This document shows, one piece after another, positions 27,707 to 40,984 of a DNA stretch of 64,000 nt. Origin of the DNA: Eledone cirrhosa (taxonomy: Eukaryota); contig OZ024750.1 in assembly GCA_964016885.1 (NCBI GenBank), forward strand, positions 33,666,001 to 33,730,000, in the 5' to 3' direction. Each line of letters begins with the position of its first letter. Positions within the stretch are counted from its first letter, which is position 1. The position numbers and the translations under genes are program-made. The notes below the pieces were generated by a model that was given only the letters and a program-made list of their open reading frames with translations, did not search any database and was not told the origin of the DNA.

Positions 27707-28272
27707 ATATAAATATAAAAAGATGAAATCGAAAATGCAACTGGAGTCTTATTTTTTTTAAAATATATATATTTATTTGGTTCCTTTACCAGTTTCACAG
27801 TTCTTCTGCTTTTCAAAAGTAGAGTTGAGATGGAGGGTCTGTGGTTTTTCTCACATATATATATATCTATATATATATATAAAAGAGTCGGGGCCTGGCA
27901 CCTGAGCTCTTGATCTTTCAACAGCTAATTCTTACTCTTTCTAATATAATCATACTCTACTATTAGATGAAAAACTATTAGACAAAAACTTATTTAAATG
28001 AAAACTTACTTAGATGAAAAGTTATTTAGATAAAAAGTTATTTAGGTGAAAAGTTATTTAGATAAAAAATTATCTTGATGAAAAATTATTTGAATGAAAA
28101 GTCATGGTAGATGATTTTAGCTGGTTAGTAATACTTGGAAAGTAGAAAAGAAATGAGATCATACAATTCCTTATATCAACATAGTGACCTTGGTTTTATA
28201 CATATCAAACAACTTCATACAACTGGTTCTTCCAATATATAACAATATTTTTCTGGCAATATTAAAATAATA

Positions 28273-28455
28273 TGGCGGTGGATTGGCAGTAGAGGGTCGG
28301 ACGCCATGCTTTCCAGCATAGTTACGTCCCTTTACGATCTGAGTTCAAATCCCGCCGAGGTTGACTTTGCCTTTCATCCTTACGGGGTCGATAAAATAAA
28401 GTACCAGTAATGAACTGGGAAATTGCTGGCCTTGTGCCTAAAGTAGAAACAAATA
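28273..28455 (+). mobile_element. Full-length Meta-type SINE
   Basis: GGCGGTGGATTGGCAG head, B box GTTCAAATC, Meta-like core; AATATTAAAATAATATG duplicated on both sides. Confidence 0.88.
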
Positions 28456-29327
28456 TTAAAATAATATGACCCTCCCAAATATAACAATATCTGTTTCAAC
28501 ACACAACTTCATATCAAAAACTTTGCAAAACCTTCACCGTCTGAACCTTCTTGGGGTTTTATAGATATTAAACAAACAACATCATACAACTGCTTCTTTC
28601 AACATATTGACCTTCTCAGGGTTTTATACATAGAATAAAGGATAAAGATCCCATAACTCCTGGTGGAATTGTAGAGGCACTGCCATACAGTGTGTCTAGG
28701 ACACTTTTTAACCTGGCAGAGCCCAACCTCTTCCAGGTCTTAACACAGCCAAATTTTTTCTATAGAGGAAGAATTGACCCCAGTACTGGATTGGTACTTT
28801 TTTATCGACCTCAAAAGGATGAAAGACAAAGTTGACCCCAGCAAGATTTGAACTTATGGTCCACAATGAGGTGGGACAAATGCCGTAAAACATTCTATCC
28901 AACATCCAACGACTGTCAATTTGCTGCCTGTTTTATACATACCAAACCATTAAAAGTCGTACGTCAGAACAATATATGAAAATGAGAATTAGATTTTAAA
29001 AACTACTGCCTGATATTTTTTTTCTCTTCTCTCTTTTTTATATACATTGTTTGTTAATTTTACCAAGAAAATAATTTTAAAACTGCCATTGTTTTTTCTT
29101 TGTAATCTCTTTGACCTAATATGACATTTTTTTAAAATGTCAACAACCTAAGAATACGTGTTCAACAAATTGATATTTATAATAACAATAATAACAGTTA
29201 TGTATGAAGTAAAATATGTATTTGAAAAATATTCGTTTTGGCATTGAATAACAACGTCAATCAAATCTCCCATAACATAGATAAAATAAACATTAGAAAG
29301 ATATTTGACAAGTAATACTTCATTTTT

Positions 29328-29360
<33 letters not shown>

Positions 29361-31075
29361 ATTGTTGTTGTTTTACAGACATAAAACATTTGAAGCTAGC
29401 TGCTAATCAATCTCACTGAAATTGTATGATTTTAGTCAGAGACAAATTATACAACAAAAGATATATGCTATTATACTGGTTTAGGAAAATCATCCACAAT
29501 TCAAATTAGTTAGTCATCAATAACGAGTTGTAATGTAACATTTAGACAGCTTTAAAAGAGAGAAATAGAGAAATAGTTTTGTCAAGCTGACCTATAATAT
29601 GTTGTAATAGAATTATAATGTTCTTCATAAATCAATGACAATATTTCATGGTATGTTTATGTTGTCAGAAATATTAATATTAACAAGAATGTGTTCGAGT
29701 AAATTCAAACATATTTTTGTTAGTTTATGTTTTTAGTTGAATAGAAAGTTCAACATCTTTGCTGTAAACTGAACAAAAGAAAACAATAAAACACTCCATT
29801 TTACATTTGATAAAATAGGAGAGACAAGTATGCATGTGTTCATTTGTGTGTGTGTGCATGTGTACATTTGTGTGTTTATGTGTGTATACATGTGTGTGTA
29901 TGCATATGTGTACATTTGTGTGTGTTCATGTGTGCAAGTGTATGTGTACATGCATGTGTGTGTGTGTGTGTGTGTGTGTGTACATGCATGTGTGTGTGTG
30001 TGAGAGACAAGAACATATTTTTTTTCCACAGATTAATATCCTGACCTTTATTCTCTAATGCAATATTAAAATAAAAACCTATTCATGAAAGATTGTTCAG
30101 CTATCATCAACCATCGAACCAACATTTTCTATACTAAAGTTTGTAGGCATAAAAACCACCACAGCTAAAATGTATATCTTGCGCACCCTAAAATATGATA
30201 TTTGAAGAAAAAGCACAGTTTTGGGGATGAACCTTTACAGAAAGAAATTTCTTCTAATTGAAACATTTTCATATTTTCATTGAAATATTTTCATGGTTTC
30301 TCAAATACAAATATAAACCATACAAATATTGTAGCCTGTGGCTTCTTGCAGCTTTAGTACTGACATTGGGTTATGAATGTTGTAAAAATAGTAAGCTTTA
30401 TTGAAATGAAAGGAAATATGCCAATATTTGTTTGTAAAATGTAATGAAATAGACTAGTTTAGATCGCCTAAAGCTGACAAAGTTGATTGCTCTTTGGCCA
30501 TTGAAAAGGATTCTATTTTCATAGCTTTCATTCTTGACTCACTTTCAAAATATTATTCTGAAAACAGATTTCCTTAAGAAATCTTGGGAATTTTTGTCTT
30601 AATTTTGTCTTTGTTCTAGATTTATCTATATATATATAACAGAGTAGTAAGTTTGGTTGTATTTCTGAGGAAGAATATATCTTAAGAAATATCAGGAATT
30701 TTTGTCTTAATTTTGTCTTTGTTTATTTATTTGATATATATAAAAACGAAAATGTCTGTCTGTCTGTATGTAGGTGATGCATTTCCACAGTTTCCATTCG
30801 ATTTTGTTTAAATTTGATACATAGGTTATTTAGCTCCTGGAGCATGTCAACATATAATTTAAATCTTTCTCTCCCCTAAAATAGCAGAGTTCTGGGGCTA
30901 TTTAAAGACACCCATGTTGAAGAGAGAGGAGGGTTCTATTTACAGTTGCAGGTGTGTCTAGCAATGACAGGTTCCTTTGAATATAACAAAGTAGTAAGTT
31001 TGGTGGTATTTCTGATGTAGAATATATCTTAAGAAATCTTGGGAATTTTGTCTTAATTCTAGCTTTGTTCTAGAT

Positions 31076-31235
31076 CAGGTATGAGCAACCTTTTTCAAAC
31101 AGTGGGCCACATACGGTGGGGCTCTTCCAAGGATGGGCCACACTACAAAAATATTCAAAATAATTTTCAAATTAAGCGTGCCATTCAGAAATCCAAACAG
31201 GCTGTATGCGGCTTGCAGACCGCAGTTTAAACATG
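31076..31235. mobile_element. hAT-like MITE with 8-bp TSD TTCTAGAT
   Basis: TTCTAGAT at 31068-31075 and 31236-31243; starts CAGG; empty-site-like paralog at about 30611. Confidence 0.65.
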
Positions 31236-31241
31236 TTCTAG

Positions 31242-31283
<42 letters not shown>

Positions 31284-31286
<3 letters not shown>

Positions 31287-32093
31287 AAGGGATGGAAGAA
31301 GTCAGGGAACTACTGCCACTGCTAGCTGCAAAAGGCTTCTCCCTCAAATGAAAGGCAGACTGTATGATGCATGTATCCGAACAGCAATGTTACATGTTAG
31401 TGAGACCTGGGCGCTGAAGGTGGAAGACTTACGTAGATTAGAAAGAAACGAAGCCTGCATGCTCCAATGGATGTGTAACAGTAATATACGCGAACGACAA
31501 AGCATAAACGAATTGAGAGAGAGACTGAGCATAAGAGGAATCAAATGATGTGTGCAGGAGAGGCGGTTGCATTGGTATGGACATGTGATGCGTATGAAGG
31601 ATGACAGCTGCATAAAAAGGTGCAGAGCACTAGAAGTCAATGGAAACCCCGGAGTGGGGAGACCCAAGAAGACCTGGAATGAGGTGATAAAAGCCGACCT
31701 TACCCAATTACACCTCTCAAAGGCGATGACACACGACCGTGACCTCTGGCGTCAGGCAGTAATACAGAGTACCCAACCTCCCATGGGTACAAGCTGAAGC
31801 ATATAGACAATATGCCCCACACCCTCCCACTGCAAAGTGGTCGTGGAGGTGCCACGGCAAAAAAGCACCCAGCCCACGCTGTAAAGTGGACGTGTAGGCG
31901 CCACGTAAAAAAGCACCCACCACTCACTGTAAATGAGGTTGGTGTTAGGAAGGGCATCCAGCTGTAGAAATCAAGCCAAAATCAGTTCCTGTATGAGCAA
32001 GGCATGGTCAGCCGACCAGACACTGCCCACAACAGGACAACCCGTCTAACCCATGCTAGCATGGAAGAACGGACGTAAAACGGTGATGATGAT
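31284..32093 (+). mobile_element. RTE-clade LINE 3' fragment with 3' UTR
   Basis: [52 protein letters not shown]; (GAT)n tail. Confidence 0.92.
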
Positions 32094-32639
32094 ATAGGAA
32101 GGGAGGGGTGGGTGGAGATGGAGGGGGTAGAGGGGGAAGAAGGGGGGAAGAGGAGAATGACAGAGGGGTAATGAGAGAGTGAAGGAGGGAAGAGGAAGAG
32201 AGGGGGGAGGGTAGGAGAGGAGAAACAGAGGGTGGGAGGGAGGAGAAACAGAGGGTGGGAGGGAGGAGAGAGGGAAGGGTGTGAACATTTCCAAGCGTTG
32301 TTTATCTCAAAGAGACATTTGTATTTCCTTATTTCCATTTTCCTCTGTAAGTAACAAAGAAAGGGTTTTCACAATTTGAAGAATTATAACTTTTATTCCA
32401 TGGAAGATTTCATATAGTTAGAGAATGGAAATAGGGGTTATGTTCCTTGAAATGATATCATATAGTTATGGAGTGAAAATAGGGGTTTCTTGTTAACTGA
32501 AATGATATCATATAGTGGTTATCTACCTATTTATCGGAAAACCACTTAACCTTTAACTCTACAAAATACTTCAGCAATGCTGGTATAGTCACTGCCTCCA
32601 TCTCTCTCATTCTCCCCATCTCTCACTATTATAAATAAA

Positions 32640-33230
32640 TGGAGGTCCAAATGGAATGGGGTGGTGGTCCTAGGGCCAAGGACACCAGGAGTCGCCATTG
32701 CTTTGGGTAGCCAACTCTGTGCCAAATGGTGGTGAGTAGGGAGGTGGTCCTAGGGCCAAGGACACCAGGAGTCTCCATTGCTTTGGGTAGCCAACTCTGT
32801 GCCAAATGGTGGTGAGTAGGGAGGTAGCCCTAGGGCCAAGGACACCAGAAGTCTCCATTGCTTTGGGTAGCCAACTCTGTGCCAAATGGTGGTGAGTAGG
32901 GAGGTGGTCCTAGGGCCAAGGACACCAGGAGTCTCCATTGCTTTGGGTAGCCAACTCTGTGCCAAATGGTGGTGAGTAGGGAGGTAGCCCTAGGGCCAAG
33001 GACACCAGAAGTCTCCATTGCTTTGGGTAGCCAACTCTGTGCCAAATGGTGGTGAGTAGGGAGGTGGTCCTAGGGCCAAGGACACCAGGAGTCGCCATTG
33101 CTTCAGGCTCAACCGCTAACCTGTCGGAGAGTGACCAATATTTGGAAAGTTTACGCTCCTTGGCCCAAAGTGCAGCAAACCCTGTTGTTCCACATTGTGA
33201 TGACCTGACATCTACTGTGACACATCTAAA
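32640..33230 (-). mobile_element. CRE/NeSL-type LINE restriction-like endonuclease remnant
   Basis: Minus-strand VTVDV...GFAALWAKERKLSKYWSL...PEAMATPGVLGP resembles the WDVT...AA..AE..K..KY..L...P.A.ET.G.LGP signature. Confidence 0.6.
32663..33103. repeat. 80-bp tandem repeat, about 5.5 copies
   Basis: CCTAGGGCCAAGGACACCA at 32669, 32749, 32829, 32909, 32989 and 33069. Confidence 0.95.
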
Positions 33231-33239
33231 TGATATATT

Positions 33240-33497
33240 ATACAACTACTACTTATACAACTACTACTACTACTACTTATACAACTACTACTACAACTAC
33301 TACTTATACTACTATTACTACTACTACTACTACTTATACTACTACTACTGCTGCTACTTCTACTACTACTACAGCAACAATAACAACAGTAACAACAACA
33401 ACAACTGCAACAACAACAACTACAGCAACTACAACAACAACTACTACTACTACAACAACTCCAACGACAACTACTACAGCAACAGTAACAACAACAT
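33240..33497. repeat. (TAC)n/(AAC)n microsatellite
   Basis: Direct reading. Confidence 0.9.
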
Positions 33498-34151
33498 TAG
33501 TGAAAAAGGAGAATGAAATGCAAAGGTCAGACGTGGTGGTGGTGGCGGCAGTGGGGGAGTGGCGGCAGCGTTGGCAGTGTTTGAGTGGGGGGGGGGCATC
33601 AGTAATAAAACTGAAATGTCAGGCATGTATAACAGATTAAAACTTCAAGGAACCATTCTTTGAAGAAACATCAAAGATTTTCAAAATATCTGTCTGAAAG
33701 TATTTTATTGATGGGAAGGCAAAAACTGATCAGAGAGAAAAAATAAAATGTTATAACTACTAAATATGGCAGTGAAGATGTTTCTAGAATTATCAATCGG
33801 AATCTTGAAATGTCCTTTCGAAAAATCAATAATTTTTATGTTCCCATGCCAAATCTAATATTGTAATATTGGTTATTTATCATTATTCATTTACATTTGG
33901 CGTCAACTGCACTGAATAAAGTTGACAGCCGCCATAGGTAAAAGTGAAAAACTACTTTCTTTAAAAAAAATACATTTGTGATAAATTCAATATTTTCATT
34001 TGTTGTAAATTTAATGTTGGCTAATATTTGTCTCCAGTTACATAAATCTTGGTTTGTTGTTTATTTGGTTTCTTGAGTAATTTCATTTATTAATTGTTTA
34101 TTTTTAAAATACCTGAAGAAAGTAATTAGTCGTGACATTCGTTAATTAATA

Positions 34152-34495
34152 TATGTGAGGTCTGTAGAGAAATTAGCCGAAATTAGCCAGTGAAAAAAAT
34201 GACGTACCTGGTGAAGTTCAATAGCTAGTCCCTTTCAAAGTAAGCTCCTTGTGCCTCTACACATTTAGCCAAGTGATCCTTCCATGATTCAAAGAAGAAC
34301 ATCTGGAAAGATTCTTCTAGAATGGCTATCAGCTCTGCCATTGCAGTCCACATCATGTCCTCTTGACTCTTAAAGTATCAGCTATTAATGGCATCTTCCA
34401 TTTTGGGTAACAATCAAAAGTCAGTAGTAACAATGGCTGGAGAGTAGAAAGCCTGGTGAATGAATGAAAAGGCTTTCTTTGCCAAGAAACCGTAG
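34152..34495 (-). mobile_element. Mariner transposase C-terminal relic
   Basis: Minus translation FLAK...FYSPAIVTTDF*LLPKM...FESWKDHLAKCVEAQGAYFERD* resembles the mariner YSPDLAP-DF...KCV--QG-YFE C-terminus. Confidence 0.75.
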
Positions 34496-34644
34496 ATAGA
34501 TCAGCTTGCAATTAAACCTTAGATCAGCTTGATCAGATATATATATATAGTAATAATAATAAATTTGAAGACTAAAATCCAAAGAGGGCTCGATAAGGAT
34601 AAATATATATCAAATATATAAGAACCGTAGAGCAAATATTTACA

Positions 34645-34800
34645 TGGACACACTGGAAGAGCAAGACCAAGGTTAACGTATGTTGATGCCCTAAGGACAG
34701 ACACTGGTCTGTTGGAGACGCAGGACATGGCAGCGATAATGAGGGATAGAGACCGCTAGAGAGAACTCTTATATGGATCTCGGGAATTTTACCCGCCCTA
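34645..34800 (+). mobile_element. Short 3' end of the RTE family at 17522-18135
   Basis: Near identity to 17970-18130. Confidence 0.9.
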
Positions 34801-34816
34801 TATATATATATATAAA

Positions 34817-34996
34817 GAGAGATATATTTTAACTTTAATTATATCTCGTAAAATAATACAACTGGCTTTTCCACATAATACATATTGTTAGCACCCCAAA
34901 CACTTAAATTGGGTTTATATTAAAATATAACCTAACGTTTGTTGAGTGAGATGGTTACCAGTCAGAGATTAGCCTTAAACTATCTCTGTTATTGTA

Positions 34997-35000
<4 letters not shown>
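34817..35000. repeat. ~185-bp dispersed repeat, copy 3
   Basis: Similarity to 3823-4010. Confidence 0.85.
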
Positions 35001-35045
<45 letters not shown>

Positions 35046-35095
35046 ACGTACATACATATAGGTATACAGACGTACATACATATATGTATACATAC

Positions 35096-35247
35096 GTACA
35101 TATATATATGTGTGCATGTATCTATATATATATATATATACTACTGTACGTCTGTATACATATATGTATGTACGTATACTTACTTATATTTAAGTAACAG
35201 CCGTACTAAGAGTGAGAAATGAAATTTCGTTTCATTTTTTCCGTTTA
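35096..35247 (+). mobile_element. Solo fragment of the 422-bp hammerhead repeat family
   Basis: Matches about 63762-63912 and ends at the same TTTTCCGTTTA|(TA)n junction. Confidence 0.85.
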
Positions 35248-35397
35248 TATATATATATATATATTTATGGAAAGTTATATTTAAATTGTTGGGTTACAAC
35301 TAGTAAATATTTATAACTGATATAAAAGCACTCGACAAGTATTTGGAGTATATTTACAATATTAAATAAATGGAAACTATATTTATAAAACCATATT

Positions 35398-35463
35398 TAT
35401 TTCATTATATATATTTCAGGGATATCATATTAACAATATGCTATGCCTTCCTCAGACAAAATA
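35398..35463 (-). ncRNA. Minimal type I hammerhead, mirror copy
   Basis: Reverse complement of 39409-39474. Confidence 0.8.
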
Positions 35464-36824
35464 CAATATAAACAGTTTTATAGATAAATAGATTTGACAT
35501 ACCGTAACAACATCGACTTGTATTTGAAAAGTTGAATTGGCAGTGATAAAATTGTACACAGAGAGAAAGAAAGAGAGAAAAAAGGAAAGAAAGACAGAAA
35601 ACGAAGAAAAAGAAGAAAAAAAAAAAAAAAAAAAAAAAATGCATGGAACAAAATAGAGAGATGGAAAGATAGATAAAGAGAAGAACTTCATGTAAAGAAA
35701 CAGAGAGAGATATATATATATAGAGAGAGAGGAAATAGAGATAGATATATATATATAGAAAACTAGGTAGTGGGACGTCCGTTGAGTAAACGTATCAATG
35801 ATACATTTATTTATTTATTTATTTATTTAGCTCTAGTATTAATGTAAGGGAGATATATGTGGTTAGGAGAGAAACCAGCTGTTATATAGAGAGAAAAATT
35901 AAAATAACCAGACATAGGCGAGGCATAAAAACCCTATGTTTTAATGTAGAGGTATTAGTATGTATAAAAACCAGCCACTATATTGTAAATATCAGTATTC
36001 CTGAATGAGACATGTATCCATAATGTGTGAAAAGTAATGATCTTATGTTTAGTTTTTTTTTAAAAATTCATATGTTTATGTGATAACTACAAACATCTAT
36101 GTGAATTTACATGATCAACTCTGCAAACCCTAAGTTCACGGAAAACATTCTCATTGTGCTATAAAAATTTAAGTATACATATATGTGTATATATATACAC
36201 ACAAATATATATAGAGTCAATATTACTACTATTCCTGTCTTTACTCTACAAGATTATCTATCAAGCAGAAATAGAGAGCAGATTTCAATATACTAATAAA
36301 AATATATATCAGAAACAAAACCAAAAAATAACAATAATAATAATAATAAGTAATAATGAAATAGAAAACTAAAAAATATTACGAAAGAATATTACATATT
36401 AAAAATATTAAAAATAAAAATATTAGAAAATACTACAATAATAAAAATAAACCACAAAGATCAACCCTTCAAAATTAATTGACAATATATTGCCAAGTTC
36501 ATTATAAGCATCAGAGTCGAAAACCAGATAAGGCCAAAAATTATTTATCAAATCGCATCTAGCAAAGATCATTTCAAAAAGTTTAGGATGCCCATTTGGT
36601 CTACATGTGTTCTTATATTTAATATAGAAGTTTATCTAGTGTAACGTTTATTCGAAATATTTGGAGCATCAACTTTTAGGGTAGCTTAATTTTTCATGAA
36701 GAATGTTTAAATAAAAATAAAAAAAAAAATAAAAAAATAAAATAAAAAATAAAAAGAATAAAAAGAAGAAATCGAAAGATTTATCGGCTAGTTTCCCATA
36801 TAATTATAAATCAAACTAAATATA

Positions 36825-37257
36825 CTACATTTTAAATTTAAATTTATATTTAAACGTTGAGTTTATTCTATGTTTGCAGCAACTGAATAAATTTGTCCGT
36901 AGATTAAGGGAATTTTTAGATTTTAGTATAAAGAATATCTCCTCTGCGCAGAGGTCACATGTCTCAGAGGATGAATTAAAAGGAATCCCTCTTGAGACTA
37001 TATTCCAAGCCGTCGAATATCTAACGTTATCTAGCTTAAGTTGCCAGAGTACGCCTGATAGTGCCGTTGAAGATTTTTTGCTTGGATCTGTGAAAGAATT
37101 CTTGTGGTTATTATAGCGAAGTTTAAATTCTGTCGATGTGGAACCGACGTAGTTAAAAGAATTAGAGTCAGTTTTAACATTACAATTGTATACTATATTT
37201 TTAACTAAGCAGTTGTTATTTAACGGACATTTAGATCTATCTCTACAGTTACATTTG
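36825..37257 (-). pseudogene. GIY-YIG endonuclease domain, inverted copy
   Basis: Same protein as 37625-38057 apart from one I/L substitution. Confidence 0.88.
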
Positions 37258-37339
37258 CTAAACAAAATAACAACTATTTTAATTAATTACGGCAACAACC
37301 TTAATTACGGCAACAACCTTAACAACTATAATAGAAAGC

Positions 37340-38057
37340 ATTACAGTAATTCCAAAGGGCAAAAAAGAAATAGAACTAGGAACATAATTTGGTTTGCCCC
37401 CCCCCCCCCCCTTTCTCACTAAACATTAAAACCCACATCGCTAAACTATTTTTTAAAGCTCTTGATAATCGCTTCCCTAGAACACATAGGTATCACTCAA
37501 TTTTCAATAGACATACTATAAAATTAACCTACTCATCCACCAAAAATTTAGCACAAAATATTAATAGAATAAATAATAGGAACTTAAAACCTAGTGATAA
37601 TAGCATAAATAATATACAAGTTAACAAATGTAACTGTAGAGATAGATCTAAATGTCCGTTAAATAACAACTGCTTAGTTAAAAATATAGTATACAATTGT
37701 AATGTTAAAACTGACTCTAATTCTTTTAACTACGTCGGTTCCACATCGACAGAATTTAAACTTCGCTATAATAACCACAAGAATTCTTTCACAGATCCAA
37801 GCAAAAAATCTTCAACGGCACTATCAGGCGTACTCTGGCAACTTAAGCTAGATAACGTTAGATATTCGACGGCTTGGAATATAGTCTCAAGAGGGATTCC
37901 TTTTAATTCATCCTCTGAGACATGTGACCTCTGCGCAGAGGAGATATTCTTTATACTAAAATCTAAAAATTCCCTTAATCTACGGACAAATTTATTCAGT
38001 TGCTGCAAACATAGATTAAACTCAACGTTTAAATATAAATTTAAATTTAAAATGTAG
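37340..38057 (+). pseudogene. Penelope-like ORF C-terminus: thumb/linker and GIY-YIG endonuclease; no RT core present
   Basis: RNIIWF-PPFS, IFNRHTIKLTYS, CNCRDRSKCPL (CxCx5C), NIVY...YVGST...FKLRYNNH, CDLC-EE, LN-R...CKH; frameshift in poly-C near 37397-37411. Confidence 0.9.
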
Positions 38058-39408
38058 CATATTTAGTTTGATTTATAATTATATGGGAAACTAGCCGATA
38101 AATCTTTCGATTTCTTCTTTTTATTCTTTTTATTTTTTTTTTTTTTTTTTTTTTTTAATTTAAACATTCTTCATGAAAAATTAAGCTACCCTAAAAGTTG
38201 ATGCTCCAAATATTTCGAATAAACGTTACACTAGATAAACTTCTATATTAAATATAAGAACACATGTAGACCAAATGGGCATCCTAAACTTTTTGAAATG
38301 ATCTTTGCTAGATGCGATTTGATAAATAATTTTTGGCTTTATCTGGTTTTCGACTCTGATGCTTATAATGAACTTGGCAATATATTGTCAATTAATTTTG
38401 AAGGGTTGATCTTTGTGGTTTATTTTTATTATTGTAGTATTTTCTAATATTTTTATTTTTAATATTTTTAATATGTAATATTCTTTCGTAATATTTTTTA
38501 GTTTTCTATTTTATTATTACTTATTATTATTATTATTGTTATTTTTTGGTTTTGTTTCTGATATATATTTTTATTAGTATATTGAAATCTGCTCTCTATT
38601 TCTGCTTGATAGATAATCTTGTAGAGTAAAGACAGGAATAGTAGTAATATTGACTCTATATATATTTGTGTGTATATATATACACATATATGTATACTTA
38701 AATTTTTATAGCACAATGAGAATGTTTTCCGTGAACTTAGGGTTTGCAGAGTTGATCATGTAAATTCACATAGATGTTTGTAGTTATCACATAAACATAT
38801 GAATTTTTTAAAAAAAACTAAACATAAGATCATTACTTTTCACACATTATGGATACATGTCTCATTCAGGAATACTGATATTTACAATATAGTGGCTGGT
38901 TTTTATACATACTAATACCTCTACATTAAAACATAGGGTTTTTATGCCTCGCCTATGTCTGGTTATTTTAATTTTTCTCTCTATATAACAGCTGGTTTCT
39001 CTCCTAACCACATATATCTCCCTTACATTAATACTAGAGCTAAATAAATAAATAAATAAATAAATAAATGTATCATTGATACGTTTACTCAACGGACGTC
39101 CCACTACCTAGTTTTCTATATATATATATCTATCTCTATTTCCTCTCTCTCTATATATATATATATATCTCTGTTTCTTTACATGAAGTTCTTCTCTTTA
39201 TCTATCTTTCCATCTCTCTATTTTGTTCCATGCATTTATTTTTTTTTTTTTTTTTTTTCTTCTTTTTCTTCGTTTTCTGTCTTTCTTTCCTTTTTTCTCT
39301 CTTTCTTTCTCTGTGTACAATTTTTTCACTGCCAATTCAACTTTTCAAATACAAGTCGATGTTGTTACGGTATGTCAAATCTATTTATCTATAAAACTGT
39401 TTATATTG

Positions 39409-39474
39409 TATTTTGTCTGAGGAAGGCATAGCATATTGTTAATATGATATCCCTGAAATATATATAATGAAATA
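39409..39474 (+). ncRNA. Minimal type I hammerhead in Penelope-like 3' UTR (predicted cut AUA after 39466)
   Basis: TATTTTGT-CTGAGGA-AGGcATAgCATATT(gtt)AATATGaTATcCCT-GAAA-TATATA-TA-ATGAAATA. Confidence 0.82.
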
Positions 39475-39551
39475 AATATGGTTTTATAAATATAGTTTCC
39501 ATTTATTTAATATTGTATATATATATTTATATATATATATTTATATATATA

Positions 39552-39599
<48 letters not shown>

Positions 39600-39865
39600 A
39601 ACCATTCATTAAAAAATATATATTGTCTGTACACCAAATAAGTCAAGAGCAAATTAGTAGAAAAACCTAGAACTATATCAAAACTTAATGTCAACTAATG
39701 TTTTTAAACAAATTATTATAATTTTAAAACAAGAACAAATCATTTTTCTAAAAGAAATTTATTTTCAATAATTTTCAGGCCATTTATTTTTTATAAGAAA
39801 ATATATCAAAATAGAAATACTCAGAACGTAATCTGGACAGACATTTTTGAAGTGAGTGTATAAGT

Positions 39866-39899
39866 TTGTATGTATTTGTGTGTGTGATTGGTGTATGTG

Positions 39900-39930
<31 letters not shown>

Positions 39931-40227
39931 ATATGTATGTGTGTGTATATCTATATGTGTGTGTGTGTATATGTATATATATGTGTGTGTGTGTATGTAT
40001 GTGTGTGTGTATATATGTGTGTGTAAATTTTTTAGAGTGTGTGTATATATATATGTATATGTGTGTGCGTGTGTATGTGTGTGCGTATATATGTGTGTGT
40101 TTATATACATGTGTGTGTGTATGCATGTGTATATATATGTGTGTGTGTGTATGTGTGTGTATATATGTGTGTGTATATATATATATATATGTGTGTATAT
40201 ATATATATATGTGTATATATATATATA

Positions 40228-40270
<43 letters not shown>

Positions 40271-40275
40271 ATATA
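39866..40275. repeat. (TG)/(TA) compound microsatellite
   Basis: Direct reading. Confidence 0.9.
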
Positions 40276-40861
40276 TCATCATCATCATCATCATCCTCGT
40301 TTAACGTCCACTTTCCACGCAAGCATTGGTTGTGTGTGTAAATATATATGTGTGGGTGGGTGTTGCGTGTATGAGTTGTTCTATGTCAGTATATGTGTGC
40401 CTGTGTTTGTTCACTATGTATAGCAACTAACACAGAATAAACATTTAAATATTCTAAATTCTTTACTGATAATAGCAATAGTAATGATGATCTCTGACGT
40501 AAATGGCTACAAACTGTGTAATGGAATGACTGAGGTTTAGCAAATAATTGGGGAGATATTTATTATAGAGGTTCAATAAAAGCTGATCAATTGGAGATGG
40601 TTATTTTGGACAGGACCCTCCAAACAGGTGGGGGGGGGGGGCATTGAGAAGGTTCAGGAGGTGGGGGGTAGTGATGATATAATAGTATATTAAATATCAA
40701 ATGATATATATATATATATATATACGGGCGATGTGTTGTTTCCTTGAGCAAGGCACTTTATTTCACATTGCTCCAGTTTACTCAGCTGTAGAAATGATAT
40801 TAGTTTGGATGAAACAATTGTAAGTGAATAAATGCTTTGAACATAACTTTGATTCTTGTGA

Positions 40862-40898
<37 letters not shown>

Positions 40899-40984
40899 AA
40901 ATAAAAAATATATAATATTTATTTATACATAGTATATATTACATTATTTTACTATATTTATATATGTTTATATTTTTTTTTGCT

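Larger units (their letters stand above)
35265..39517. mobile_element. Penelope-like element (Naiad-type), 5'-truncated, with ~1.9-kb inverted duplication (arms 35355-37257 and 37625-39517)
   Basis: GIY-YIG ORF on both strands, long AT-rich 3' UTR, hammerhead near each outer end, (TA)n flanks. Confidence 0.9.

Noticed and set aside
30738-30980. Helitron-like start with (TCTG)n
   Set aside because: No clear 3' hairpin and CTAG terminus
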